Shown here in pieces: positions 62,595 to 64,000 of a stretch of DNA of 64,000 nucleotides. The translations under genes and the position numbers were made by a program. The DNA comes from Takakia lepidozioides (Eukaryota; Plantae; Bryophyta). Within the stretch, counting starts at the first letter, position 1; each line of letters opens with the position of its first letter. The notes below the pieces were generated by a model. It worked only from the letters and a program-made list of their open reading frames with translations. It made no database searches and was not told the origin of the DNA. The stretch is taken from the NCBI GenBank assembly GCA_030704615.1, contig CM060734.1, positions 46,376,001-46,440,000 of the forward strand, written 5' to 3'.

Positions 62595-62800
62595 GTGCCT
62601 TTTACCTGGCAAAGGCAAGCCAGATTGGAGCTCTCCAACTCTAGGGTGATGGTCTTCCCTGTCAACGTCTTCACAACCTCCTCTCAAACGCAGCACCGAG
62701 ATGCCTTGAACTGGATGTTCTAATCTACCAGGGTGATCATCCAACTACTTCCTGCAAGGATAAACCTGATTTGCTGGTCCACAAAATTCTCCCAATCTCT
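62595..62800 (-). pseudogene. Polyubiquitin remnant spanning a monomer-monomer junction
   Basis: DQQ.RFILAG..TLVD*NIQ..VLRLRGG followed by VKTLTGKTITLELESS (62627-62674). Confidence 0.8.
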
Positions 62801-63586
62801 CTCAAATGTGCTCCAGCTTACGGGCTCTAGGACCCCAGTCCCGCGCTACTCACACATTCATATCTAAACCAAGCACTTCACTATATCAGCGACTGTGGAT
62901 CCCTCTTCTACCCAATTGCTCTATCCATCACACATCCGAATCACCGCCTCCTATACACCGGCCCCAACCTCATTCATTCGCATGGTGCATCACAAGGGAA
63001 TGAAGAGACTGTTCCCTGGATCCTTTGCGGGACTCGCTATAACGCCTCTCGCTAAAAGAAATAGCCATTTGCATTATCACACCTCCCCTGCTTCATCACT
63101 ATGACCTGGTCAGCGCCAGGCCTCATCAATGCAATTAGCAAGGAGAGCGGGGAACAAAGCTTCTCGTGCAGCTCCCAAAGTCACACTTCTGCCCTAAGAG
63201 TACGTCAACAAACCATCAGCAGACCCCGTGCTCCCCAATCCCCAGGACCCACATCACATGACAGCACACGACTGGATAATGGTTTTGTTGACCCATCACC
63301 AAATCTCCAGGTTATTAGACGAAGCTGCGTCTGTAGCTTCGAAGTTAAGTGACCTTGGGATATTTTAGGATCCTTCACAGGGACCAGAGCTTGTTGCACT
63401 ACACAAGTATAATAAGGAGGCTGCGATCTGGAGCTTGCATTGAGACTCAAAGCTGTTAACCCAGCACACTCCCATAAGAGAGGATTCTAGTGGCAGAGGG
63501 TTCAAGACTTGTAAGATTGTTTGCAGGGTCGCTTGTATCTAGAGGATCTCGTGAAGGAAAATTTTCCATTTCTGATCTAATAAAGG

Positions 63587-63944
63587 ATGGGGGGGCAACA
63601 TGGAGCAACCGGCGGGAGGCGAGATGAAGTAGTGCTCATCACGGGCTGCTCGGATGGCGGTATAGGCGCTAGTCTTGCGATGGAATTTAGCAACGTGGGC
63701 TACAGTGTTGTGGCGACATCGAGGTCGCTGCACACCATGAAAAAGCTGCAGGAACATCCGCATGTTGAAACCTTAGCTATTGATATCACTGTCGAGGCTA
63801 GCATTCGTGAAGCAGTGGAGACCATCATGGCAAAGTATGGTCGTATTGATATTTTGGTCAACAACGCTGGCGTTCCTGCTGACGTTCCTGTTGCCGAAGC
63901 CCCTTCCTCCCTTGTGACGAAGACCTTCCAGACCAATCTTTTTG
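63587..63944 (+). CDS. Short-chain dehydrogenase/reductase, first exon (gene continues beyond the window)
   Basis: VVLITGCSDGGIG Rossmann motif, IDILVNNAG, and a GT donor after TNLFG at 63945. Confidence 0.9.
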
Positions 63945-64000
63945 GTATGAAGTATGAACTCTGTTTGTATCGTTTCTGTTGCACGATAACGGGATGATTG

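Overview
Eukaryotic nuclear DNA from a land plant, most likely a non-seed plant: spliceosomal introns, a PLS-DYW editing factor and a bryophyte/lycophyte-like mitochondrial rps3 insert. Host genes, all on +: a lipoxygenase pseudogene (10 exons, 23589-29848), an intact single-exon PLS-E1-E2-DYW PPR gene (50200-53100), a 6-exon CRAL-TRIO/Sec14 gene with a GC-AG first intron (54470-58254), and the first exon of an SDR gene (63587-63944). Most of the rest is nested transposon sequence. The standout is a 6.4-kb CACTA element with no recognisable transposase (7877-14259; perfect 19-bp TIRs, TAT target duplication). It splits a LINE ORF1 exactly in frame and carries PLS-PPR repeat modules and intron-containing fragments of an organellar ssDNA-binding (OSB) gene, i.e. 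a Pack-CACTA. The host LINE's ORF2 joins endonuclease directly to zf-RVT with no reverse transcriptase. Also present: an LTR element whose PPT-adjacent ORF is not pol, RTE/RTEX-like LINE tails, hAT MITEs with 8-bp TSDs, a decayed hAT transposase, Copia and Gypsy remnants, an rps3 NUMT followed by a ~315-bp fold-back, a TSD-flanked pure poly(A) insertion and a polyubiquitin remnant. All family assignments are from motif recognition by eye; no searches were run.
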